A stretch of 64,000 bases of DNA from a virus. Taxonomy: Duplodnaviria > Caudoviricetes. The stretch lies in IMG/VR virus record IMGVR_UViG_3300020037_004820. One strand, given 5' to 3'. Shown here piece after piece: positions 11,615 through 21,525 of this stretch (the stretch's first letter is position 1; each line of letters begins with the position of its first letter). The notes under the pieces are model-generated. The model was not told where the DNA came from. It searched no databases and saw only the letters and a list, made by a program, of their open reading frames with translations. A program made the translations under genes and the position numbers.

Positions 11615-14600
11615 ATGAAAATAAGAAAATACCTTTTTAGAGATCATTACAAAGTATCAACAGATAAATTTAGAGATATTCTAGGTTTATACCATGATTA
11701 TAAAAATCAAAATCTAACAGATTTATCTAATCCTATAAAAGAAATTTTTAATCATTCTATATTTTCAATATCTGATGCAGTTATTGTAGATGAAGATCAA
11801 GGTTTATACAAACAAAATGTAACTTTTAAACCAACAAATTTAGATTCAAATCAAAGATTTTTGAATCAAGAATATAGACAAAGATCAATTGAGGAATTAG
11901 ATCAAAATTTAATTCCAAGACGTGTGGATTTTCAACAAGGAGGAAATGGTTTTATATATACCACACCTGCTCCCATTGAAGGACCTGGGGAGTTAAATAC
12001 AACTACTCAAACATCTAATAATACTTCTCCAATTGAGGTAACTGTTCCTTTAGATCCCGTTATTCCTATTTCTGGTAAAACTAATAGAGAAGTTATAGTT
12101 GATACTATTAGAAGCAATAAACATTACGAAGATATAAATACTATAGTAGATGAAGTGACTGATTTAAAAATAGGAACAGATGATTCCTATGTAAATATTG
12201 AATCTAAATACAATTTTTTCATACCAAAATACGAAGAACAGATACAATCTAATTTAATTCCTGAAGAAATTTTACCGAACTTTTATGTTGTTAGTTTAGC
12301 TCTAAATCAAGATATCTTAAATTCTATATCACAAGATGATTACAATTCTTCTTTAGCGTTAGGAAACACATCTCCTTATGAAAATCTTAATAAAAAATTT
12401 GATAAATTTATCACATTAGATGGAAACCTATCATTAGATAGAAATGGGGATATCGGGTTCTTTTTTGCTCTTGCCTTAGTAGCTTATATGGAACAATACG
12501 CGGAAGTGTATGATTCAGTATCTGTAGATTATATAGAAACTGTTAAGAAAAGATTTGGACATTTATTTAATAATTTAACTAATAAAGAAATTTTAGATAA
12601 ATTGAATGAATTTAAAAGCTCATATCCTTTATATATTAATATAGAATGGACAACTACAACATTAAGTCCTTTACTTGTCTTTCTACAAAATGCAGGAATA
12701 TCTTTGCAAGCATTACAAAGTTTTCTTGGAGACAAATTGCTTATCAAAATACAATCTTCTGGTTTATCAGAAGTTTCAAGGTTTTCTATTTTAGCACAAT
12801 CTCCTAGATTAGATTTCACAACAGGTTTAGGGCATTTTGAGGAATATTCTCAGAATCTATATACATATGATGCAGGTCAATGGATTATCGACTTTTTGCT
12901 TGAGATCTTCGCAGGGACAAGCAATGAAATAATTCACCCTAATGAGTTGCTGGTTATTGACCAAAATGGGCAAGAGATTCCGATCACTGACCAGTTTGAC
13001 CCGACGAGGGGCGCTATTGATATTTACGAAATACTCAACGCAATATCTGCTATACCTGGGTATCGGGATTTACTTAATACCTCTATACGAACGTATAAGC
13101 AACTTATAGAGGGAGATTTTGCTAAGTCGGAAGTTTTGCTATACAAAATAGAAAAAAGAAATTCACAACATGTGTTACTTCAAACATTTTATATACCTAA
13201 TGTTTCTGGAATAAATGTGCAAAATTATGTAGATACTCAAGTTAAGTATAATAAAGAATATAAATACAAAATATTTGCGTATACAGCAATTTATGGTACA
13301 GAATATTATTATTCAAGATTTCAATCTGAAACAGATGATACACATTACTATAGAGCTGGTGAAGGGCATTTATCGATTGATACAAATATTAGTTTAGGAA
13401 TGTCTAACAAAAAAGTAAAGCAACCTATTAAAGAAAATTCTATAGTAGGATATTTTAGAGTTTTATCTGCGGACGAAGGGCATCAACTATTCGATATATT
13501 TATGAACACTTCTATAGCAGGTTCTGATCAATTTACATTAGGCTTTTTTGGCGATACAACTAGTTTAAACGTAGATAATTTATTAATCAATAAATGGTAT
13601 CATTTTTCTATTGTATCTAAAAAAGTAAAATCAATAGAAGGTATATCTTTTATAAGAGAATTATACATAGACGCTAGATTAGCAGGATCTGTTATTGCAG
13701 ATCCTATAGTAGAATTTAAAAATAGAATATTAATACCAGGATATGCGCCCTCTGCAACAGATCCTCTATTTGATCCCTTTGGAAGTTTTGGGAATTATTC
13801 CACAGTTACTCGTGATATGAGTAACATAGCAGTTTTCGATAGAGCACTAGAATATTCAGAAATAAAATCCTTAAAAAATCTAGGAAGATGTTGGGATATT
13901 AGAAAATCTAAAAAAGGTATACCTCCTTTGAATATAAATGATTGGACTGGAGAGGTTCCTTCATTTTATTGGCGTAAAAAAGCTATATATAATGTAGTTA
14001 CAAATGATGGATTTGCAGGCGAAGCTAACTTGGTTCTACATGGAGATGCAGTTTCTATAAAATGCGACGACAATTCTATACCAGATGATTCTAAAAAAGA
14101 AACATTTGAACCAAGAAATATAGAACCTAGAGATATAATACCTCCTTTATTCGAAGAATATCCTGTATATGGAGAAACAGATTCTTTAACTCCTGTTGAT
14201 CCTTTTATAATTGAACCACAAGAGCCATTTAAGGGATCAACAGGAGTTCCTGAATTTTTAGACATAGGTATACCATATGAACCTCCGGGTGTTCCAGGGT
14301 ATGGAGAAGTATTTATTCCTCCAGAAGAACCTCCTTTTATTCCACAAGAATCTCCTCCTGATTTTATAAAACAAGAGGTATATATTCCTACACCTACTGT
14401 TCCTACTGTTCCAATAACAGTTCCTGGTAAAAAATATATACCTGTAATATCTGTAGGAGGAGATACAACTCCTCCAGTTCAACCTGCTCAACCTTCTACT
14501 ACATCAGGGTATGCAGAAGTATTTATTGCACCAGATGCTTCTACACCAACTGTTAGAGTAGTTCCAACAGTTATTCCAAATATGCCTAGTGTTCCTGATA

Positions 14601-14836
14601 CAAGAGTGACAACTGCGCAAATAACACCTCAAACAGCACGACCTATATCAGCAGGAGGTGGAACTTCTCCTCCGCTTGTTCCACCTAAAAAGACAGTATT
14701 TACAAGAGATACACAAGTTACTCCTGTTAAAAAAGAGCAAGCGCCTATTTTACAACCTTCTCCTGTAACTATAAAAAAAGATATAATTACTCAAAAAGCG
14801 TCTACATTAATAACAACTAAAGGTACAAAAAAATGA
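11615..14836 (+). CDS. Large virion protein with FN3-like strand pattern, LamG-like domain and Pro-rich C-terminal tail
   Basis: YVDTQVKYNKEYKYKIFAY; KWYHFSIV..LYIDAR..NIAVFDRALEYSEI; about 240 aa P/T/V/E-rich tail. Confidence 0.55.
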   Translation: MKIRKYLFRDHYKVSTDKFRDILGLYHDYKNQNLTDLSNPIKEIFNHSIFSISDAVIVDEDQGLYKQNVTFKPTNLDSNQRFLNQEYRQRSIEELDQNLIPRRVDFQQGGNGFIYTTPAPIEGPGELNTTTQTSNNTSPIEVTVPLDPVIPISGKTNREVIVDTIRSNKHYEDINTIVDEVTDLKIGTDDSYVNIESKYNFFIPKYEEQIQSNLIPEEILPNFYVVSLALNQDILNSISQDDYNSSLALGNTSPYENLNKKFDKFITLDGNLSLDRNGDIGFFFALALVAYMEQYAEVYDSVSVDYIETVKKRFGHLFNNLTNKEILDKLNEFKSSYPLYINIEWTTTTLSPLLVFLQNAGISLQALQSFLGDKLLIKIQSSGLSEVSRFSILAQSPRLDFTTGLGHFEEYSQNLYTYDAGQWIIDFLLEIFAGTSNEIIHPNELLVIDQNGQEIPITDQFDPTRGAIDIYEILNAISAIPGYRDLLNTSIRTYKQLIEGDFAKSEVLLYKIEKRNSQHVLLQTFYIPNVSGINVQNYVDTQVKYNKEYKYKIFAYTAIYGTEYYYSRFQSETDDTHYYRAGEGHLSIDTNISLGMSNKKVKQPIKENSIVGYFRVLSADEGHQLFDIFMNTSIAGSDQFTLGFFGDTTSLNVDNLLINKWYHFSIVSKKVKSIEGISFIRELYIDARLAGSVIADPIVEFKNRILIPGYAPSATDPLFDPFGSFGNYSTVTRDMSNIAVFDRALEYSEIKSLKNLGRCWDIRKSKKGIPPLNINDWTGEVPSFYWRKKAIYNVVTNDGFAGEANLVLHGDAVSIKCDDNSIPDDSKKETFEPRNIEPRDIIPPLFEEYPVYGETDSLTPVDPFIIEPQEPFKGSTGVPEFLDIGIPYEPPGVPGYGEVFIPPEEPPFIPQESPPDFIKQEVYIPTPTVPTVPITVPGKKYIPVISVGGDTTPPVQPAQPSTTSGYAEVFIAPDASTPTVRVVPTVIPNMPSVPDTRVTTAQITPQTARPISAGGGTSPPLVPPKKTVFTRDTQVTPVKKEQAPILQPSPVTIKKDIITQKASTLITTKGTKK

Positions 14837-15801
14837 GAGATATGACTGGCTTTGGGGGACTTGACCCTTTTACAAATGAGCAAAATTCTGAAAATCCTTC
14901 TTTGATTAATGCTCCAAAAGAGGAACAACAGGTTGGACCTATTAGCACAGGTGTGGAACCATCCACACCATTTACTCCTGAAAATATACAGAATATTTCT
15001 GATATCTTATTTTCGGATGAATTTCAATTCTCAGTATTTTTCAAACCTTTGTTAAAATTAGTGGAAGTAGATTATAGCGATTGGATATCCGCAAAAATAT
15101 TAGATTTTCCACCTACACCGCCTGTTGTACATTTTTGGCCTATAAAAGATGTATCTAATCGATACAATATAGCATTAGCTCCTTCGAGTGGAGAAATTCG
15201 TCAATCTCCTATAGCATTGCGTTTAAATGAAATAAGTTTTTTCAAAGATATATTAAATCAACAAAAAAGTACAGATGGCAAAATAACCTTTAAATATGAA
15301 GGAGAAATTGCTCAATATGAAATGTTTAGAATAGAAAATACTCCTTTAAGTTGGAAATCTTTCACACAAGATTCTACGAGTGTTAAAAAGATTTTTTCGG
15401 GATATGAAAATTTTCTATTTCAAGAATCGATTCAATCTAATAAGGACTATTATTATACCTTTAGAGCATATGATTTTCATTTGAAGTTTTCAAATCCTTC
15501 TCCAATTTATAAAGTAAGAATATACGAAAACGATGGAGTGGAGTATTTAGATGTAAAAGTATTCAATTTTCCTGAGAAGAAAAAAATAATTTCAAAAGAT
15601 TTTAGAAAGTTTATTAGAATTGATACATCTTTGGAACAAAAAACTTATAAAGAACCAAACTCCTCATTAGAAACAGAAGGAAAATTAGGCTTATACGATG
15701 AATCTTCTTATAATCGAAAATTTGTATTAAGAATTACAAGTAAGCATACAGGAAAAACATTAGATGTTGTTCTAAATTTTGTAAAAGAGGATATAATCTG
15801 A
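14833..15801 (+). CDS. Virion protein with FN3/Ig-like pattern
   Basis: PPTPPVV...YEMFR...NKDYYYTFRAYD..FSNPS; ATGA overlap with the upstream gene. Confidence 0.5.
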   Translation: MRDMTGFGGLDPFTNEQNSENPSLINAPKEEQQVGPISTGVEPSTPFTPENIQNISDILFSDEFQFSVFFKPLLKLVEVDYSDWISAKILDFPPTPPVVHFWPIKDVSNRYNIALAPSSGEIRQSPIALRLNEISFFKDILNQQKSTDGKITFKYEGEIAQYEMFRIENTPLSWKSFTQDSTSVKKIFSGYENFLFQESIQSNKDYYYTFRAYDFHLKFSNPSPIYKVRIYENDGVEYLDVKVFNFPEKKKIISKDFRKFIRIDTSLEQKTYKEPNSSLETEGKLGLYDESSYNRKFVLRITSKHTGKTLDVVLNFVKEDII

Positions 15802-15809
15802 ACAATAGT

Positions 15810-15817
15810 CTAATTAT
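15810..15817 (+). promoter_or_regulatory. Putative late-promoter motif CTAATTAT
   Basis: Intergenic CTAWTTA followed by AAGGAG RBS and ATG 15841. Confidence 0.55.
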
Positions 15818-15840
15818 TGTGATACAAAGGAGCATAACAA

Positions 15841-16737
15841 ATGGCAATTTTAGATAATAGTGGAGATATTGTATTAGATATCGTCTTAACGGATGCAGGG
15901 CGTCAGCGCCTAGCGAGAGGAGATAGAAGTTTCAGAATAGTCAAATTTGCTCTTGCAGATTCTGAGATTGATTACAGAAATTATAACTTAAATCATCCAA
16001 GTGGATCAGCATATTTTGATTTAAATATTGTAGGAACTCCTTGTTTTCAAGCATTTACAAATAATACAGCAGCTATGAAATATAAATTAGTTTCATATGC
16101 TAGAAATGATTTACTTTATTTACCTGTTATTAAAGTCAGTACGAATCTAGGACCAGGGGCAGCTACCTATAATTCTCTTGGTTATTATGTTGTCACATGT
16201 AACGAACAAACGATTCAATCGTTAGGAGTAGGAGCAGGGATTATAGATGGACAAACTGTTCAAACTGCCCAAAGAACTCCCTTAACTTTTGAACAAGGAT
16301 TAGATACGACAGAGTTATCTCCAAAAATACAGATACCTAATGATTTGAAAGAAACTCAATATTTTGTAAAAGTAGATTCTAGAATAGCTGAAATTGTTAC
16401 TCCTAGAGGAACGCCTCGTGCCGCTGAAGTATCATTTATAGATGATGATAAATTTTCGCTATATATATTCTCTATTGCAACCCCAGGGGATTTCATTAGA
16501 GATATAACTAATACAGATGGAAATTCCGCAATAGCTGGTCCGAGAGGAACAATGTTTCAATTCGGTATCAAAGCAAATATAAATCTAAATACATCGGATA
16601 ATTTGTTCACAAAAATAGGCTCTACTGTAACTATTAATGCGGTAGCATATCGATATATTGATACAAATATATTTATAGAAGGTGGTACAACTGGATTTTC
16701 AATGGATGTTCCAGTACGTTTCCTTCGTAAAATCTAA
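15841..16737 (+). CDS. Virion structural protein (baseplate/tail-fibre attachment-like)
   Basis: LTDAGRQRLARG motif resembles the N-terminus of tail-collar/fibre-anchor domains; strong RBS. Confidence 0.55.
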   Translation: MAILDNSGDIVLDIVLTDAGRQRLARGDRSFRIVKFALADSEIDYRNYNLNHPSGSAYFDLNIVGTPCFQAFTNNTAAMKYKLVSYARNDLLYLPVIKVSTNLGPGAATYNSLGYYVVTCNEQTIQSLGVGAGIIDGQTVQTAQRTPLTFEQGLDTTELSPKIQIPNDLKETQYFVKVDSRIAEIVTPRGTPRAAEVSFIDDDKFSLYIFSIATPGDFIRDITNTDGNSAIAGPRGTMFQFGIKANINLNTSDNLFTKIGSTVTINAVAYRYIDTNIFIEGGTTGFSMDVPVRFLRKI

Positions 16738-16750
16738 GAGGAGTTAGCTC

Positions 16751-17803
16751 ATGCCATCAACATACAAATATATAACCGACGATAAAGTTCAAACGATACA
16801 AAATAAACTACATGAAGCTGTTCCTTTAACTGGAACAATTATATCTGGAACATTAGCAGATTCTAATGTTCGCAATTATGTACATGATAGGTTTCAAAGT
16901 GTATATGACTCTTCTGTATTAAGTTCATCTGCTAATCATATTTTTGATATTGCATTTGGATATTGCAGCGGATCAACTTTGTCGTCTTCTGCTAATTTAC
17001 TTAATAATGAAAAAGTATTAAATTATACCCAATTTGCTCAAATTTTTCAAGGATTTGACATTACTGGATCAATTCAATTATTTGATCAAGATGGTAACAT
17101 CAATGACGGCGGAACAAAGCTTAAAGAATGTGTATTTATTTTCTTCTCTAGAACTGTAGTTAAAGATGGTATAAAAAGAGGTTCGTTTAGTGCAACATTC
17201 TTTACTGGAGGAACTTGGGCAGCGCCTGCTGGAAGATTAGAAATAAACGACCAACATGCTGTTTCTTCTTATTTTGTAAATTCTCCTGTTGGAGAATGGT
17301 CTTATTTGACAGGAAATCCTGCAACTGGAGGAGGCCCGGGATCTCAAGTTGGACTTATTTTTTACGGTCCCGGATTGGTAGTTTTAACTGGGAGCATTTT
17401 CACATCTAGCTCGGGAGGTGGAACTCCAGTATTCTTTAGCTCTGCCGCAGATCCAAATAGAACTTTTAACCAAATGATGACAGCTTCTACTTTATCTTCT
17501 TCTGCAAATGGTTTGAGAAGAAAAATTGTAAATATCAATTTCGTAAATACAACAGAATTGAATTCACAAATATTTTTCTTGGATATTGGTCCAAATGAAT
17601 TCAATTACAGCTCGAATCCAACTTATTTATCCGCATCAAAAATTAGAACAAAAGATGACCCAACGGATAATTCCGTATCGTTTATAACAGAAGTAGGCTT
17701 ATATTCAGCAGATAATGAATTAATAGCTTCTGGTAAATTTTCTCAACCGTTACAAAAAACTGTAGGAAAAGCAATTTCTGTTAGAGCTAGAGTAGATTTC
17801 TAA
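16751..17803 (+). CDS. Virion structural protein (tail-fibre attachment-like C-terminus)
   Basis: FNYSSNPTY...FITEVGLYSADNELIASGKFSQPLQK...RVDF; RBS GAGGAG. Confidence 0.55.
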   Translation: MPSTYKYITDDKVQTIQNKLHEAVPLTGTIISGTLADSNVRNYVHDRFQSVYDSSVLSSSANHIFDIAFGYCSGSTLSSSANLLNNEKVLNYTQFAQIFQGFDITGSIQLFDQDGNINDGGTKLKECVFIFFSRTVVKDGIKRGSFSATFFTGGTWAAPAGRLEINDQHAVSSYFVNSPVGEWSYLTGNPATGGGPGSQVGLIFYGPGLVVLTGSIFTSSSGGGTPVFFSSAADPNRTFNQMMTASTLSSSANGLRRKIVNINFVNTTELNSQIFFLDIGPNEFNYSSNPTYLSASKIRTKDDPTDNSVSFITEVGLYSADNELIASGKFSQPLQKTVGKAISVRARVDF

Positions 17804-17819
17804 AGGAGACTCACATAAA

Positions 17820-18236
17820 ATGGCTGAAAGTAGAAAAGCAAAAAATTTGCGAATTGCTTCGTGGATACTTTTGACTGTAGTTCCTGCTATATTCGCAGTT
17901 GGATTTGATGCGAAAGGATATGTTGCAAAAGCAGAACAAAGTTTATCAGTGGTTACTATTTTAGAGCCAAAAGTATCTAAAATGGAAACGGAATTATCCC
18001 TTAATGGATTGAATGATTTGTTTACTAAAACTATTGTAGACGCAGATACAAAACGTGTAGATAGAATTATAGATGAATTGAAAACTTTAGATAAAAGTGT
18101 AACAGAACTTACCGCAGCAGTTACTGCTTCGAATGCGAATGTTGAGCAAATAATATTACGAAATAATAAATTTTGGGATGAAGATTGGAGCAAATTTACT
18201 TCTAAAATTGATAAACTAATTGACAGGAAAAAATAA
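17820..18236 (+). CDS. Membrane-anchored coiled-coil protein
   Basis: Hydrophobic segment IASWILLTVVPAIFAVGF followed by a heptad-like region; RBS AAGGAG. Confidence 0.55.
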   Translation: MAESRKAKNLRIASWILLTVVPAIFAVGFDAKGYVAKAEQSLSVVTILEPKVSKMETELSLNGLNDLFTKTIVDADTKRVDRIIDELKTLDKSVTELTAAVTASNANVEQIILRNNKFWDEDWSKFTSKIDKLIDRKK

Positions 18237-19477
18237 TGTATTTCAAATTTAAGGATAATGATATATATAGACAAACTATTATTGCATATCCTGCGTTTAA
18301 ATTTACATATGTTAAATCCAATGAAGACAGTCAATTTAAGATTTATCTAAATGATGTTCAATCTGGATCAGGAAAAGCTCTTGCTCTAGATGCTCAAATG
18401 AAGACAGAAATAAACGTTAATACAACAGGATCTGAACTCATTTATCCTTTTATTGACAAAACATCTGGACAGTATTGGACATCAAATGTAAATTCTTCTT
18501 CTTTTAATCTTATACCTTTTGGAGCTAGTATAACTGGTACCTATATGGTTAAGCCAACATTATATTTAGATTTCATTTCTTCTACGACTAATTCTATATA
18601 TAAATCATTAGTCAATATATGGGAATCTCAAAAAACATTAAGTAGCGAATTTGAATATGAGAATTTTCCATCAGGAGCGGCTATTCATATATTTCCCAGA
18701 GAATACTATGGAACAGGCTTCAGAAAAGGTAGTGTTAAAGCAACCGTTGTTTCTTTGTATACAGATACAGGAAAAGGAGATTATTTTCCTGATTATTTAA
18801 ATACATTTATTGCTCAAGATATTTATAAAGACGGCATCTTAAGAGTTGTGGAAGATAGTTTTCCTGACAAAACAGTTTCTGATTGTAATATAGGAAGAAT
18901 TGTTGGATATGTATTATATGACTATGGACTTATTTTATTTAAATCTGCTTCTATGATTTATTATACACCATATTCTGATTCAACTGCCTCTTTAAAAACA
19001 AAAGGATTTTCTGGAAATTTTGAATGGTCGTCTGGTTCTTATGGAACTTCTGAAGAAAGAGAATATTATAATTGGAGATGGTTTGGAGATTCGCGTTTTT
19101 GTGACGAAGCAATTAATAGAACAGTCGCATCAATAGAATTTCAAGGGATAAATAAAATTCAAAACTTAACTTTGATGTGCCATTCTCCCAAAGGAAAATT
19201 GAACAACTCTACAAATCCTACATTTGTAGAATTTTCACAAAGCACTAGACTTACTCAATCTTCTGATTATTCTATGGTAGAAAATTCTAGAATTAGGATT
19301 AAAAATATAGTCTCATCTTCTTACAATGTAGAAGAAAATTTTGATAAAAGAACTATACTTTCCACTATTTTAGTTATGGATGAAAATAAAAAAGTATTAG
19401 GAATTGCTAAGGTTGCTAATCCTATAGTAAAGAAAGAAAGTTCTGATAATACTTTTAAAATTTCTTTGGATTTATAA
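18236..19477 (+). CDS. Virion structural protein, C-terminal paralog of 16751..17803
   Basis: LNNSTNPTF...LSTILVMDENKKVLGIAKVANPIVK..FKISLDL. Confidence 0.55.
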   Translation: MYFKFKDNDIYRQTIIAYPAFKFTYVKSNEDSQFKIYLNDVQSGSGKALALDAQMKTEINVNTTGSELIYPFIDKTSGQYWTSNVNSSSFNLIPFGASITGTYMVKPTLYLDFISSTTNSIYKSLVNIWESQKTLSSEFEYENFPSGAAIHIFPREYYGTGFRKGSVKATVVSLYTDTGKGDYFPDYLNTFIAQDIYKDGILRVVEDSFPDKTVSDCNIGRIVGYVLYDYGLILFKSASMIYYTPYSDSTASLKTKGFSGNFEWSSGSYGTSEEREYYNWRWFGDSRFCDEAINRTVASIEFQGINKIQNLTLMCHSPKGKLNNSTNPTFVEFSQSTRLTQSSDYSMVENSRIRIKNIVSSSYNVEENFDKRTILSTILVMDENKKVLGIAKVANPIVKKESSDNTFKISLDL

Positions 19478-20953
19478 ATGAATATAGATAAACAAATCTT
19501 AAACGAAGTAATTTCTGTTGTAATAAAAGAACAAGATATGTCTTTAATGAATAACTCTGTTCGAACAGAATATTTAAAAAAGTTACTTTTATATGTAGAA
19601 TATATCTCTAGATATTATAAAGTAATTAATGATCATATTAATAATGCTGCTTCAACACAATTATCTACAATAGAAATTTATGAACAAACTATTAACTTTC
19701 TTAAAACTATAATTTCTGATCCAGATTTTATACAGATACAAAATGCCTTAAAATCTCTAACAACAAATTCAGATCAAGAGTTTGGGAAACTTTTACCTAC
19801 TCTATCAAATTCTTTACAAAATTTAGTTACTTTTTTGAATTCATACAATAATACATTACCAGAAGAAGAACAGATACATGCTTTTACATCTTTTATAAAA
19901 GATTTTAGAATGTATTCAAATAGTATATCCAAGATATTAAATAATATACGAACTAAATTTTCGGATATTTCAACAAAAAATGTTTCAAATAAACCTTTGC
20001 CTGAATTATCGACAGTAAGTTATGTAAATGATTTAGAAAATATATCATTGGTTTATCTTTCTGAGATAGAAGCTCTTTTTAAAAAATTTGATAATATTCG
20101 AATTGAATCAGGAGAATATGCTAAGAAATGGGAAGATTTTAATATTCTTCGAGGACACAATATGTATGCCCAAGGAATTGGCGTTGTAAACGATCCTAAT
20201 CCTGAAATCTCTGATAAAATTAAGAGATTTATGGCAAATTATACTAAAAAACATTTATCTCCAAATATGGATGTTATGCAAAGTGCTCCCTATTCTTTTA
20301 ATATAGGACAATTTATTCAAATTCTACAGACAGGAAAATATAAGGCAAATCCAAAGGAAAAATATCCAACTAGAGAAATACAAAAAGCTCAATCTATTCA
20401 ACAATCTTTATCTAAAATCTTTGGATGGGATACTGTTACGAAAAATGTAACAAAGAATAGTATAGAAGGAACTTTACAAGAAAAATTTAAAGAAATTCAT
20501 GCAAAATTATGGGATGCAAATTCCGGCAAGTATCTATATGATTCAGAACTTAGACAAATTTTTCAAATATTGTTTAATGTGAGACGTTTGTATAAGAAAA
20601 CTTTGAACAATATAATAACTAAAATGCATCAAATGAAGGATAAAAGTTTACCAGAAGTTTTTTCAAAAATAGGTCCTATTATAGATGCTATAGTGAAATA
20701 TGTTCAATTTGGTAAATTAAATATTCGAAATGTGTTATTGAATTTAATAACGAATTCTGGCGTTAACATTGATGTTGCAAGATATCAAACAATGTTTAGT
20801 AAGCAGAATGACGAGACAGTTGCCAAACGTTTAGCATATTGGTCATTATTCCAACGATTAGGTTGGACTAAAGGACTTAAAAACGAAGAACCTCCAGAAT
20901 GGATGTATGGAAATGCAATCAAGTCTGAGCCTACAGTAGCAGCGTCCCCTTAA
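19478..20953 (+). CDS. Hypothetical helical protein, possible internal head protein
   Basis: 491 aa; N-terminal ILNE/IKEQ motifs like T4-type prohead protease substrates. Confidence 0.4.
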   Translation: MNIDKQILNEVISVVIKEQDMSLMNNSVRTEYLKKLLLYVEYISRYYKVINDHINNAASTQLSTIEIYEQTINFLKTIISDPDFIQIQNALKSLTTNSDQEFGKLLPTLSNSLQNLVTFLNSYNNTLPEEEQIHAFTSFIKDFRMYSNSISKILNNIRTKFSDISTKNVSNKPLPELSTVSYVNDLENISLVYLSEIEALFKKFDNIRIESGEYAKKWEDFNILRGHNMYAQGIGVVNDPNPEISDKIKRFMANYTKKHLSPNMDVMQSAPYSFNIGQFIQILQTGKYKANPKEKYPTREIQKAQSIQQSLSKIFGWDTVTKNVTKNSIEGTLQEKFKEIHAKLWDANSGKYLYDSELRQIFQILFNVRRLYKKTLNNIITKMHQMKDKSLPEVFSKIGPIIDAIVKYVQFGKLNIRNVLLNLITNSGVNIDVARYQTMFSKQNDETVAKRLAYWSLFQRLGWTKGLKNEEPPEWMYGNAIKSEPTVAASP

Positions 20954-20961
20954 GGAATAAA

Positions 20962-21525
20962 ATGATATTAGCACTTGATTTAAGTTCATCTAAAACCGGA
21001 ATTTGTTGTATGACATATGACGGAAAATTATACTTTTTCTCATATTTAGATACTGCGCCTACTACTAAGGCAAAGAAAGTATTATTTGAGGATATTTATG
21101 ACAAAATAAAATATGTCACTGATTATTTTGAAAAATGGTATGATATGCATCCAGATTCTCCCAAAATAACTCAGATTCATATAGAAGGTCCACTTAGCAA
21201 ATTTGCTCCTGGTAAATCTTCAATGCATACATTAGAAACCTTATTCCAAATGAATTATTCCGTTAGTTTTGAATTATATAGAATATTTGGTATCAAACCT
21301 ACTCATTGGCATCCAACTACATTGAGAAGTGCTAATGGAATAAAGATACCTCGTGGCAGCGATACGAAAAAAATCATATTCGATTTTGTCAGTAATACAT
21401 ATCCTGAATTTGTAAAAGCATTACCTGATAAATTAGCCAAAAGTAATCCATGGATTGACGTAGCTGATTCTGTAGTTATAGCAAGAGGTGCTTGGCTACT
21501 TGGACAGCAAAATGATAAACATTGA
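20962..21525 (+). CDS. ruvC: RuvC-like Holliday junction resolvase
   Basis: ILALDLSSSKTG, IHIEG and DVADSVVIA supply RuvC-type catalytic acidic residues. Confidence 0.85.
   Translation: MILALDLSSSKTGICCMTYDGKLYFFSYLDTAPTTKAKKVLFEDIYDKIKYVTDYFEKWYDMHPDSPKITQIHIEGPLSKFAPGKSSMHTLETLFQMNYSVSFELYRIFGIKPTHWHPTTLRSANGIKIPRGSDTKKIIFDFVSNTYPEFVKALPDKLAKSNPWIDVADSVVIARGAWLLGQQNDKH

Noticed and set aside
14100-14830. DNA tandem repeat or DGR variable region in the Pro-rich tail
   Set aside because: Only low-complexity protein sequence; no nucleotide-level repeat pair or reverse transcriptase seen
17750-18334. 194-aa minus-strand ORF and the other minus-strand ORFs in the track
   Set aside because: They are antisense shadows of well-supported + strand genes, with no recognisable motifs
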